DNA of 64,000 nucleotides from Octopus vulgaris (Eukaryota), in assembly GCA_951406725.2 (NCBI GenBank), contig OX597815.1, positions 10,044,001 to 10,108,000 on the forward strand, read 5' to 3'. Below the pieces are notes generated by a model. It had not been told where the DNA came from, made no database searches, and worked only from the letters and a program-made list of their open reading frames with translations. Numbering within the stretch: the first letter of the stretch is position 1; every line of letters begins with the position of its first letter. Shown here in pieces: positions 1 to 11,052 of the stretch. The position numbers and the translations under genes were made by a program.

Positions 1-330
1 ACCACATGGTTCCAGGTTCAGTCCCACAGCGTGGCATCTTGGGCAAGTGTCTTCTGCTATAGCCCCGGGCCGACCAATGCCTTGTGAGTGGATTGGTAGA
101 CGGAAACTGAAAGAAGCCTGTCATATATGTATGTATATATATATATATATATGTGTATATGTATGTGTGTCCCCCTAGCATTGCTGGTGTGTTTACGTCC
201 CCGGCACTTAGCGGTTCGGCAAAAGAGACCGATACTGGACTTACAAAGAATAAGTCCCGGGGTCGATTTTCTCGACTAAAGGCGGTGCTCCAGCATGGCC
301 GCAGTCAAATGACTGAAACAAGTAAAAGAG
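1..330 (+). mobile_element. SINE family A (tRNA-like head, internal (TA/TG)n, AGTAAAAG tail), cut by the window edge
   Basis: Near-identical to the copies at 10661, 12161 and 47181; B-box-like GGTTCAGTCCC present. Confidence 0.9.
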
Positions 331-415
331 TATATATATATATATATTTATACACACACACTTTAATAAGTTAGATAAGAACAGGGGACAAAATTAAAGC
401 AAGGCTGTTACTTAC

Positions 416-570
416 ATCTGATCCCATTATTTCTTGAGACCCTTTCCTTCCTCGTGACTCCAGGGATGTTTTCTGGGCACGCATCCATCGTCGATGAAGA
501 CTGTTGTAGCTGCTGGCAGTGCTGCTTCCAGGGGATGGAAATGAGGTGGTGAAACTGTCACTGGAAGTAA
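416..570 (-). CDS. FNIP: FNIP-like coding exon (gene continues beyond the left edge)
   Basis: ctttatttgtcag|exon|gtaagt, 155 nt, phase 1 to 0. TSSDSFTTSFPSPGSSTASSYNSLHRRWMRAQKTSLESRGRKGSQEIMGSD matches FNIP PFPSP.SS...SYQRRW.RSQTTSLE. Confidence 0.93.
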
Positions 571-812
571 CTGACAAATAAAGAAGAGGGATTAAAAAGG
601 GAGTTCACTGAAATTGAAACCTTAAACTCAGGGTACATTTAGTAGAGGAGTACTTAGTGCATTGGATGATGGCTTGGTGACTTAAACAGATTTTGTTTCA
701 TTCATGCAGGAATTTGATAAACTCTTCCAATTCATAATAGTGGGGGGGGGGGGGGTTAGAGAATAAATGTATGTATGTAGATGGGGTTTATAAATTTTAC
801 AGAAAATTAATA

Positions 813-1192
813 CAGGTGCCGGTGGCATGTAAAAGCACCCATACACTCTCGGAGTGGTTGGCATTAGGAAGGGCATCCAGCTGTAGAAACTCTGCCAAAT
901 CAAGATTGGACCCTGGTGCAGCCATCTGGTTCACCAGCCCTCAGTCAAATCGCATGCGTAAAAAGATTCGAGCGAGATCATTGCCAGTACTGCCTGACTG
1001 GCCCTGTGCCGGTGGCACGTAAAAAGCACCCACTACACTCTCGGAGTGGTTGGCGTTAGGAAGGGCATCCAGCAGTAGAAACTCTGCCAAATCAAGATTG
1101 GAGCCTGGTGCAGCCATCTGGTTTGCCAGCCCTCAGTCAAAATCGTCCAACCCATGCTAGCATGGAAAGCGGACGTTAAACGATGATGATGA
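813..1192 (+). mobile_element. Family C repeat ((GAT)n-tailed, RTE 3' UTR-like), partly duplicated
   Basis: GTGCCGGTGGCA..TAAAAGCACC and GTTGGCGTTAGGAAGGGCATCC motifs occur twice; ends GGACGTTAAACGATGATGATG. Confidence 0.88.
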
Positions 1193-1639
1193 ATCATAAT
1201 AATAAAACAATATGGGGAAGTGTTCAGTGAGTAAACATTTGAAACTAATTCACCAGAGAAACTGTGGTGAGTATTCCATAATGATTGGTATCTTTGTTTA
1301 CCCACCACCTTGGTGTCTGTTATCTACTAAAGTGTTGTTGTAGTGACATTGACGAAAGCAGTTCAAGTCAGGGTTGTGGTATTCTTTCCTCCTTGACATC
1401 TACAGCCTATATGGCACTTTGCACTGATTACCAGATAAATTTATTTCTACCTCCCTCATTTATTTTAATCCATTCCAATCTTAATTGAATTTAACACGAA
1501 AAATATTGTTTTAAAAATTTGAATAAATCTTTCCTCTTTTAAGATATAAGGCAACAGAATGCTAAGTAGAAAAAAAAAAGAAAAGAAATTTATCTGACAA
1601 CTCAATGCTTCAGTGTAAAAACACTTCCTTATTTGAAAC

Positions 1640-1855
1640 AAAATTGTTTAAAATATTTCATTTTTGGATTTGGTTTGCAAGATTCTTTATATGAGTTCAT
1701 GGGTTGAAGCATATTCTGTTGTGTCTGGGGAGAGTCATTTTCTTTTTGTGCCTTATTATGTAACACACTCACTGGTAAAATTTCCATGTTTTTCTTATTT
1801 TTATTGTCCTAAAATTTTCATTGCGTCTTGCAACCTTTTCGATAGTTTTGACGCT
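1640..1855. mobile_element. Unclassified interspersed repeat (other copies at about 8065-8135, 34580-34826, 37780-37960)
   Basis: Shared TTTGGATTTGGTTTGCAAGATTCTTT...GAGAGTCATTTTCTTTTTGTGCC...CTTGCAACCTTTT sequence at several loci. Confidence 0.75.
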
Positions 1856-1903
1856 CAAAATACTTTCGCTATAATATGAAATCAGAAACAAAGTTCAACT
1901 TAC

Positions 1904-1972
1904 TTGAAGCCCTTCCGCTGTCTTCTTCGGCATCATAGTTTCTGAGAGGCATATCCATTGGCAGGCTATGGG
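1904..1972 (-). CDS. FNIP: FNIP-like coding exon
   Basis: ttatttctttccag|exon|gtaagt, 69 nt, phase 1 to 1. (A)HSLPMDMPLRNYDAEEDSGRAS resembles FNIP AHSTPVDMP...DRDSGIARS. Confidence 0.9.
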
Positions 1973-2160
1973 CTGGAAAGAAATAACAGAGATTTTATTA
2001 TAATTTGACATCAGTTTATGCAAACAAGATAGAGACAGAGATAAAGAGAGAGTATCAAGAATATTCAACAGAGTTTGCAGATTAATTTGCAACTAATAAA
2101 AAACAGGAAAAAATCATGAAAAGAATATTTTAGCTTGAACAATATATGTGTGTGTGTATG

Positions 2161-2207
<47 letters not shown>

Positions 2208-2209
<2 letters not shown>

Positions 2210-2335
2210 TTGTTTTTTCTGTGTCCCTTTCTGTAGAAGAGTGTAGGCTCGAAACGTAAAAGACTTTTTCTATTCCTGAGCGTTAAACTAATACATTTGT
2301 TTGTTTTGTACACCACCTGTCTTCGTAAGCTCTCC
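2208..2335 (+). mobile_element. Penelope-like terminal fragment with a minimal hammerhead-like motif
   Basis: CTTT-CTGTAGA-A-GAGT-GTAG-GCTC-GAAA-CGTA-AAAG; second copy at about 8745-8890. Confidence 0.55.
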
Positions 2336-2459
2336 CTATATATATATATATATATGTTCGTTAAACGATGATGATGATGGTGGTGATGTTCATGAACAAT
2401 GAAGTATTAGTGAACTAGAAAAGCACTCGGAGAGTGCAGACCTCCACCAAACCAGCAGG

Positions 2460-2790
2460 AGCAGCACTAAGATGATGACGATCACCACCACATCACAATC
2501 ACCACCAAAACCACCAACATCATCAGCAGCATTGTCATTGCTTCCACTTCAACCACATACACCGCCATCAACGTTATCATGACGGTTACCTTGACAGTCA
2601 CTTTCACCACCACAACCACTACAATACCACCATCACACAACTAACACTATCATCAACACCACTATTACCACCATCATCTCAGCATCACACCACTCCTGTC
2701 ACCGTTATAACCACCGATACTATTTTATCCTCCTCTCAATCATCGTCATCATCAACACTGTCTCTGCTTTCACCACAATCACCGCAATCA
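2460..2790. repeat. Degenerate (CAC/CAT)n low-complexity region
   Basis: Trinucleotide-periodic CAC/CAT/AAC runs. Confidence 0.8.
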
Positions 2791-2800
2791 GTTTCTTTAC

Positions 2801-3052
2801 ACAGGTGAAAATCCATTATTCAATACTCATGGGACCGAGATTGCTGCAGATTTTTGATTTTTCTAATTTTGGAGTGCTTTATTAAAAAGAAAATTGCATC
2901 TACAAAATGGAACAGTTTGAGGATAGAAACCAGGTCTAAACATAGTAGCTTATAGACATACTCTGAATGTAGTTCTATATAAATCTTTGATAATTTTTTT
3001 TTATACTTAAGACCATCAGAAATGTTAAGATATCAGCCTCTACCCACGTTGT
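2801..3052 (+). mobile_element. Old TcMar/Tigger-like DNA transposon fragment (MER46C-like)
   Basis: Colinear blocks CAGGTGAAAATCCATTATT, TGGGACC, GAGGATAGAAACCAGGTCTAAACA, CTTATAGACATACTCTGAATGTA, ACCATCAGAAA resemble my recollection of the MER46C consensus; not searched. Confidence 0.4.
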
Positions 3053-3149
3053 CAGGCTTTGATTAAAAGGTTACAGCATAGATTAGATTACTTGGATAAG
3101 TTTCAGCCGAAGTTGACTCAAGCCATGTCTAATTTAATAGCACCACCTG

Positions 3150-3560
3150 GAAAAGATACACAGTCAGCTCTGGGGAACCGTAGCCCATTTCAGCAGAGGG
3201 TTATTGTTTTCAGAGACATATCTGGGTGTGGGTGGTTTATCTGGTATTTGTTGTGGGTAATCATCTGGGAATCGTTTCAATGCTGTGAAGTCACTTTCCT
3301 CCTTAATGTGTGTCTAGCACGATGTTGAAGTGAGCAGGGCCAATTGAGGTGAAATAGTTGTCATAGTGTTGTGATACGACACAAACATTTCTGTAGTGGA
3401 CGGATGGCACAGGGCCCAAGCCTTGGATGAATTTTAGAGATGGGCAATGTTGATGGAATATTTTATACATCACACAGATGATATAGAGCTCACAGTGACG
3501 GTGGAGGGAGCAAAGCCTGATCTTTTTGAGTCGATCCCAATAGTCAAGGCTTGTCATGTC
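3150..3560 (-). mobile_element. Degraded CR1/L2-group LINE ORF2 3' fragment
   Basis: LDYWDRLKKIRLCSLHRHCELYIICVMYKIF resembles the CR1-type L.Y.ERL..L.L.SL.RR motif. Confidence 0.7.
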
Positions 3561-4324
3561 ATCCTCCGCAGACCTCCGCCAAGCAGCTCATTTTAAGATA
3601 GATACGTGAGTAAAATTACTAATTACAGCAACACCACCATAGGTTACGTGGAAACGAGGAATGTGTTTTCAAGGGAGATAATCAAAGAACATAACATTGT
3701 AATATTTCACGTAAAGTAAATATAACAAATGAAAAATCCTTCAAGAATCCATAAAAATTCCAGGATCACTACCAAAATTTCATCATCTCTTCCTTGTATC
3801 ATTACCAACTTTTCCTGCAAGTTTCATCATATACCATTCACAACTTTTTGAGCTATTTTGCACACAGACGGACAGAAGGACAAACCAATGCCGATGAAAA
3901 CATAACCTCTTTCCTTGGCAGAAGTAATTAAGAGAATCTCTGGGTATAAATGGAATCAGATGCACTGTGTAAGAGAGAAAACTTAGCTAATATATGAATG
4001 TGATGCATATGAGAGCCATGAGTTGCATAAGGAAGTGCAGTATGTTCAAAGTAAGTGAAACCTGCAGAGGAGAGAGAAACTGAGAAAGACTTGAAGCAAA
4101 GTGCTGGAAGACTGATCTCAAAATATTGCATCTAATGAGAAAAGTGACTATGCAGTGTGTCAATTGGCAATATGTGGTGGAGGAGAACCAGCCACGGGAA
4201 AGATGACAATCAGAGCAAGTATGGTGAATCAAGTGCTAGCAAAAATGGAAACTGAGGTGTGTATATGCATGCTCACATAAAGTTAAATCAGCTTGTACTG
4301 TCTCCCCATTATTTTTGACATCTC

Positions 4325-4842
4325 CTAGCAAGTCTAACCCATGCTATAAAGCCCAACCCATGCTAGCAAGCCCAACCCATGCCAGCAAGTCCAACCCATG
4401 CTAGCAAGCCCAACCCATGCCAGCAAGCCCAACCCATGCCAGCAAGTCTAACCCATGCTATAAAGCCCAACCCATGCTAGCAAGCCCAACCCATGCCAGC
4501 AAGTCCAACCCATGCCAGCAAGCCCAACCCATGCTAGCAAGTCCAACCCATGCTAGCAAGCCCAACCCATGCCAGCAAGCCCAACCCATGCCAGCAAGTC
4601 TAACCCATGCTATAAAGCCCAACCCATGCTAGCAAGCCCAACCCATGCCAGCAAGTCCAACCCATGCCAGCAAGCCCAACCCATGCTAGCAAGTCCAACC
4701 CATGCTAGCAAGCCCAACCCATGCCAGCAAGCCCAACCCATGCCAGCAAGACAAACCCATGCTATAAAGCCCAACCCATGCTAGCAAGCCCAACCCATGC
4801 TAGCAAGTCCAGCCGACGCAAGCAAGTCCAACCCATGCTAGC
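4325..4842 (+). repeat. 19-bp minisatellite (GCAAGCCCAACCCATGCTA)n, about 27 units, fused to a family C tail (to 4877)
   Basis: Direct tandem repeats; a variant TATAAAG unit recurs at 4330, 4444, 4596 and 4748. Confidence 0.95.
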
Positions 4843-5395
4843 ATGGAAAGCGGACGTTAAACGATGATGATGATGATCTCATACCATTCATATGACAAGG
4901 GATGGCATGAGACCCACCCACATAAACGTCCTATTCACTATCATCATCATCACTTAATTTCTCTTTCTTATCACAAGTTCTAAATATAAGAGGCTGCATC
5001 ACACTCAACCTTCATCCTTTCTGCAGTGTCAGTCATATCTCTCTTTTTGACTCCTGTAACTCTGTTCCTACCATTATATCCACCTACCCATCCTGGCTCT
5101 TCTGCGGTTATTGCTTTCTTCCCTATACAACTCCTCAGTCATGTTAACCTGAACATACATGCTCTTTGTTCTCTCACGGAGTGCCAGGCAACATTTCTTG
5201 GTCTGGTGCCATAAGAATCCACTCAGTCCACTCTGCAAATTGGTAAGCAATAAGTAATGACATCCAACCACAGAAACCAAGTCGAAAAACAAATGCACGA
5301 CTCTCTTACTTCTCTATGAGGGAACGTAACCCCTAATAAAAACTGACATGCATCATGACAATCCATCTAACCCATGCCAGCATGGAAAGCAGACA

Positions 5396-5540
5396 GATGA
5401 TGATGGTGGTGGTGGTGGTGATGATGATGCTGATGATGATGCTGATGATAATGCTGATGATGATGGTTGTGGTGGTGGTGATGGTGATGATGATGGTGGT
5501 AGTGGTGGTGATGCTGATGATGCTGATGATGGTGGTGATT
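5396..5540. repeat. (GAT/GGT/GCT)n compound microsatellite expanded from a family C tail
   Basis: Follows CCCATGCCAGCATGGAAAGCAGAC. Confidence 0.9.
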
Positions 5541-6283
5541 TTCTTGAAACAAATGGCATCAACTAACACAACGAACTTAATATGAATGTAGGGTGAAATA
5601 TTTATTTTTGGTTGAAATCTTGTTCACTCTTCTCTTCAATAATTACTTTATCTTCAAGAATTAAATTAGTTGCTGCTACATTCATTAAAAAAAATACTTC
5701 GTTAGCAATGTATTTATTAATTTATTTTCGCAACATAGCTAAGCTTAATTACAATATAACTGGAATGTCAAACCCAACAACATTTGTAAATCTAATAAAG
5801 ATTGGCTTGTTTCAATCTATTTTTATCTCCATTTCTTCTGGATCCAAATATTTAGACCTTAATCCATTAAGAAAATCCAAGTGCTTCATGAATTAATTTC
5901 AGTGACCTCATTTCACTAACTTTTAAACATTAATTACTGCCCCTTCTACACTACACAAAATTAAAATTTTTCTTTACACCCCCACCATCTAATTTACCTT
6001 GTTGCCTCCCTTTACATCATCCCTTACAGAAAAATTTCAGAATTTTTAAATATTTTATAACCGTTTCACCTTTTATTTTACCCTCCCATAATCCATAACA
6101 CTTTAATCTTCATGCATATTTCCCACTTTAAACCCATCTAACTTTACAAACTATAGAATGCAGTTAGTAGTATACTACTGCAAATTATTAGTAGCTTCGA
6201 AGCTCAAAGTAATAAGGTCGAGTAAAGGTGAAATAAAACAGGCGTACCATTACCACATCAGCAGCTTCGAAAGAGTTACTTAC

Positions 6284-6366
6284 CTATATTTCCTTTGGAA
6301 CTGCTGCACTTCAAAGAACTTAAATCTGCAGGTGGAAGACTGATGTAGGAGTCACTATCAACTTCA
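6284..6366 (-). CDS. FNIP: FNIP-like coding exon (variable linker)
   Basis: ttttattgtttcag|exon|gtaagt, 83 nt, phase 2 to 1, open frame EVDSDSYISLPPADLSSLKCSSSKGNI. It supplies exactly the phase change needed between the flanking conserved exons. Confidence 0.85.
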
Positions 6367-6623
6367 CTGAAACAATAAAACAAAAGAGATGTGAGTGTTC
6401 AACAAGTAGGCTGCAATAGTCATTAGCGTTGAGACATTTTCAACAGTAAATTCTTGCCACGTACAACGTAGGCTACTGAACTTGGTAGAGATGACAGTGA
6501 TCCATGCACACTGTTTAAAAATACTTAGTGCTTTATTAGAGAAAGAAAGAATGGCTTATAATGTTTTTAGACGTGACACTAAACCTGCTGTAATAAACAA
6601 ACCAGAAGATATATTTTCTGAAA

Positions 6624-6810
6624 CATCATCATCATCGTTTAACGTTCACTTTCCATGCTAGCATGGGTTAGACGGTTCGACTGGGGTCTTGGAAGCCAGA
6701 AGGCTGTACCAAGCTCCAGTCTGATCTGGCAGTGTTTTTACAGCTGGATGCCCTTCCTAACGCCAACCACTCCGTGAATGTAGTGGATGCTTTTTACGTG
6801 CCACCGGCAC
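6624..6810 (-). mobile_element. Family C repeat
   Basis: (CAT)n-CGTTTAACGT...GGATGCCCTTCCTAACGCCAACC...GTGCCACCGGCAC. Confidence 0.88.
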
Positions 6811-8283
6811 AGAGATATATGTGAATAATTTCTCAAAGGCAGTTCTGTGTCCTGAACTTTTAGCCTCAATATAGTTCTGCTTTGGATCTGAAGATTCTGA
6901 AATGCAATGTTTAGAGCAAACAGCATGAATATTGCTTTGTAATAAACTAAGAAACTATGCTGATTTTACAAATTGTTGTGGTCAGTGAAAGAATAACCTT
7001 TTATTTGACATTGTTGTTCTTGTGACCTGAATAAGAGCCACAAAAGAATTTGATGTGAAATACATGAAGAAATTGAATAACTACAAAGAAGAAATCAGTT
7101 ATTGTTCATATACTGTTCGACAAAGTAAATAATTGTGTTTGCCTCAAACCGACTGGTTTACCACAGGTTCCACACATTTCTTGGTTGCATGACAATGTTA
7201 TTTGTTTACAGCTGGCACACGGGTGCCAAGACAAAGAGACAGAGACAGAAACACACACACACACACACACACAATGGGATTCTTTTCAGTTTCTGCCAAC
7301 CAAATTCACTCACAAGGTCAGCCTGGAGATATAGCAGAAAACAAGATGCCATGCAGTAGAATTGAACCCAAAAACCACATGATTGCAAAGTACACCACAC
7401 AGTATGCATGGTGTTAGGAAGGGCATCCAGTCATAAAAGCCATACCAAAGCAGATATTGAAGTCTTCTAGCTCTTCGAATCCTCCAACCCATGCCAACAG
7501 AGAAGGTGGATGCTAAATAGTGATGACGATGCTTCATCACACAGACACCACTTGGACAAGTGTAAATGTTTACTGCTTCCATAAACAATACATCCCATGG
7601 CCAATCAGTTTCATGTGAAGACCAGTAGAACATGGCACTCCACTTAAAAGACAAGGGTTGGTAATAGGAACAGCAAGCATTACAGAATACTGCCTCAATA
7701 AGTCATATCCAACACAAGCCAGAATGACAAAAAGCAGGCATAAAACTGATAATATTGATTAAACATTTTAGCTTAAAAATATATGTAACAGAGATAGAGA
7801 ACCATAATTTTGAAGGAAGAGTGCAGGACAGGGGTATAGTTAAGATGTGTGCTTCCAAGCCACACAATGTTCAATTGCAATGCATAGTACATTGGACAAG
7901 TGTTTTCTATGCAAGCTCAGTCTACTTTGTGAGTAGATTTGGTAGATGGAAACTGAAGGAAGCCTGGTGCAGCCTTCCAGCGTGCCAGCCCAGTCAAACC
8001 ATCCAACGCATGCCAGCATGGACAATGGACTGACACGTGTGTGTGTGTGTGTACATTTTTGTATCTGGTTTGCAAAATTCTTTATGTGAATTTGTGTGTT
8101 GAAACAAATTTTGTTGTGTCTAGGAAGAGTCGTCAAGTCAGTATTATTAACACGTGCACTGGTACAATTCCGCTCCTTTATTGGTTAGTTATCCAACTTG
8201 CTACTTGCAACTTTTCCAGAGTCATTGGAAAGGTTGCAAGTAGCAACAAAAAGAATTTTGACAAACGAAAACAAAACAAACGA

Positions 8284-8893
8284 TTTACTCTTCTACTTGT
8301 TTCAGTCATTTGACTGTGGCCATGCTGGAGCACCGCTTTTAGTCGAGCACATCGTCCCCCCCCAGGACTTATTTTTCGTACTTATTCTATCGTGTAGTTT
8401 GGCAAACTGCTAAGTTATGGGGACGTAAACACACCAGCATCGGTTGTCAAGCGATGTTGGGGGGACAAACACAGACACACAAACATATACACATACACAC
8501 ACTTATGCTTCTTTCTCCCCACACCCTTTGAATGTTTCCTTCCCATGTTTAATTTCCTTCCCGCTATTTTTTTTATTTCTCCTCCTTGTTATTCCACTAT
8601 GCTGGACTACAAATCCTACCTCCTCACTCTTCACCACCGCCTAAAACATTACCTCTGCTTATTTCCTTCCCACTGCTTTCAGCCGTCCATTAAAGGTTGC
8701 CATGATAGATCGTTAGCCACTATACACATTTTTTTCTCTCCTAGTTTTTTTTCTGTGTCCCTTTCTGTAGAAGAGCGTAGGCTCAAAATGTAAAAGACTT
8801 TTTTCTATTCCTGAGCATTATACTAATGCATCTGTTTGTTTTGTACACCACCTGTTTTTATCTTTTGTTTTTTTGTTTTTTATAAACTCTCCC

Positions 8894-8929
<36 letters not shown>

Positions 8930-9098
8930 TACATACGACGGGCTTCTTTCAGTTTCCGTCTATCAAATCCACTCACAAGGCTTTGGTTGGCCCGAGGCTA
9001 TAGTAGAAGACACTTGCCCAAGGTGCCACGCAGTGGGACTGAACCCGGAACCATGTAGTTCGTAAGCAAGCTACTTACCACACAGCCACTCCTGCGCC
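8284..9098 (-). mobile_element. SINE family A interrupted at its central microsatellite by a Penelope-like fragment (about 8505-8890)
   Basis: Tail half 8284-8500 and head half about 8920-9098 are colinear with intact copies. Confidence 0.8.
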
Positions 9099-9150
9099 TA
9101 TACTGTTTAACCAACTGACTAATAATAAAGGAGTGGAAGTGAACCAGTGT

Positions 9151-9233
<83 letters not shown>

Positions 9234-9568
9234 TGCCAGATCAGACTGGGCCTGGTGCAGCCTTCTGGCTTCCCAGACCCTAGTTGAACCATCCAACCCA
9301 TGCTAGCATGGAAAGCGGACGTTAAACGATGATGATGGTGTGATGAGACAAGGTGGGTGGGGTATGGCAATACCTGAGTATTTAGTTGACCTGAAAAGCT
9401 GAAGGACAAGGAGACTTCTGAGAGTGGGTTCAGGAATATGGAGGAACATCTAACAACAGACTACAAAGTGTTTTAGCAAGCATTCTGCCAGATCTGTTAT
9501 CCGCTGTTCTTCTAAGATGACATTGTAACAACGAAACTCCACACTATGGTTTAGCTATTGACACATAC

Positions 9569-9634
9569 CTGCCAGCTTCTTTCTTTTCTTGTTCAGGTAA
9601 GAAGACTTTGGTTAACATGAGTTGATGTGGAGAT
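9569..9634 (-). CDS. FNIP: FNIP-like coding exon
   Basis: tttttctttacag|exon|gtatgt, 66 nt, phase 2 to 2. SPHQLMLTKVFLPEQEKKEAG matches the FNIP motif SPPQLMLSKVF. Confidence 0.93.
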
Positions 9635-10117
9635 CTGTAAAGAAAAATCCCATAATTAATGTTGAAGTAAGGACATATCATACTAAACAGAAAAATACTT
9701 CAATAAAAAGGTGGTACAACAATTACTGGCAATGGAACAATTTAAGTGTGAAGATCAATTTAAGAAGACAAAAATAATTAAATAGTGACTCTAATAAAGA
9801 TGTCCAAAATTAGACAAGAGAGAAGATAAAGGAAGGTTAATGGAAGGATAAATTGAAATTGAAGCTAAGAAAGATGACGGTGGTATGGATATGTGATAAT
9901 GGGAGTTACAATAGAAACAGGTGTTGATGGTATGGCATGTGGTTTTAGCAGATTCACAGTGATTTATAATAAAGATCACTGATTTAGTATTGAGACTGAA
10001 TAGTTTAGATGTTGCATTTAGAGTAAAGTATTGTTAAAAATGAAGTTGGTGAGATCAAGGACAATATTCTAATTATAGCAATTAGCAAATATATTAATTA
10101 AAGATTTGAAGATGTAC

Positions 10118-10218
10118 CTAAGGATGTGGACTTTGAGTGAGGCTCCCTTGTAGGCCATTGCTACAGAACCGAATATCATCTCTTCCAGAATTTCAACATC
10201 ACTGCCAGGTCGTGGATA
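10118..10218 (-). CDS. FNIP: FNIP-like coding exon
   Basis: ttctctcttcacag|exon|gtacat, 101 nt, phase 0 to 2. [34 protein letters not shown] matches the FNIP motif [29 protein letters not shown]. Confidence 0.95.
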
Positions 10219-10660
10219 CTGTGAAGAGAGAAGAAACATTGTGATGAAATAGGTGAGGAAAGCAAGAGGTCAGGATGTCGATATTGGCTGTGTAGGATTC
10301 CACAATACATAGAGCATGTGCATACTCAAACTGACATATGTAATGTTATGTGCTTATCCACATACATATATTGCACGTGCACACTCACACATACAGTGCT
10401 GTAAGGAGGCCACAAAGAACTGAAACTGTGCCATATTAAGAATAATGATTCAATGTACACCTTAGAAAAGTAAGACAGATGAACAGACAATGCCAAGATC
10501 AACCAGCCAGCAGCCCAGCTGACTTCAAGCTGAAATAAAATGCTATCAACTCATAAAAAGAATGAGAAAAATCAGTTTAAATGAACTCATGAAGAAGCTA
10601 CCTCAAGGCTCAGAGGAATATGATGATATTTACAAGAGTTTATAGAAACTATATTCATAT

Positions 10661-11052
10661 TAGGTGCAGGAGTGGCTGTGTGGTAAGTAGCTTGCTAACC
10701 AACCACATGGTTCCGGGTTCAGTCCCACCGCGTGGCATCTCGGGCAAGTGTCTTCTTCTATAGCCCCGGGCCGACCAATGCCTTGTGAGTGGATTTGGTA
10801 GACGGAAACTGAAAGAAGCCTGTTGTATATATGTATATATATATATATATAAGTCTGTGTTTGTCCCCCTAGCATTGCTTGACAACCGATGCTGGTGTGT
10901 TTACATCCCCATCACTTAGCGGTTCGGCAAAAGAGACCGATAGAATAAGTACTGGGCTTACAAAGAATAAGTCCCGGGGTCGATTTGCTCGACTAAAGGC
11001 GGTGCTCCAGCATGGCCGCAGTCAAATGACTGAAACAAGTAAAAGAGTAAAG
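10661..11052 (+). mobile_element. SINE family A, full length
   Basis: tRNA-like head GGTGCAGGAGTGGCTGTGTGGTAAG...GGTTCAGTCCC, internal (TA)n, tail ACAAGTAAAAGAGTAAA. Confidence 0.92.

Noticed and set aside
153-374. Recurrent short ORFs such as ...RLKAVLQHGRSQMTETSKRV and ...LQLDALPNANHS...
   Set aside because: They recur only because they are translations of SINE A and family C copies.
4417-4784. Repetitive protein ORFs (MPASPTHASKSNPC...)
   Set aside because: They are translations of a 19-bp non-triplet minisatellite derived from a retroelement tail.
5333-5585. Poly-His, poly-Asp/Gly and poly-Met ORFs
   Set aside because: A trinucleotide microsatellite is open in most frames; there is no splice or homology support. 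The same applies to 53444-53787 and 55430-55733.
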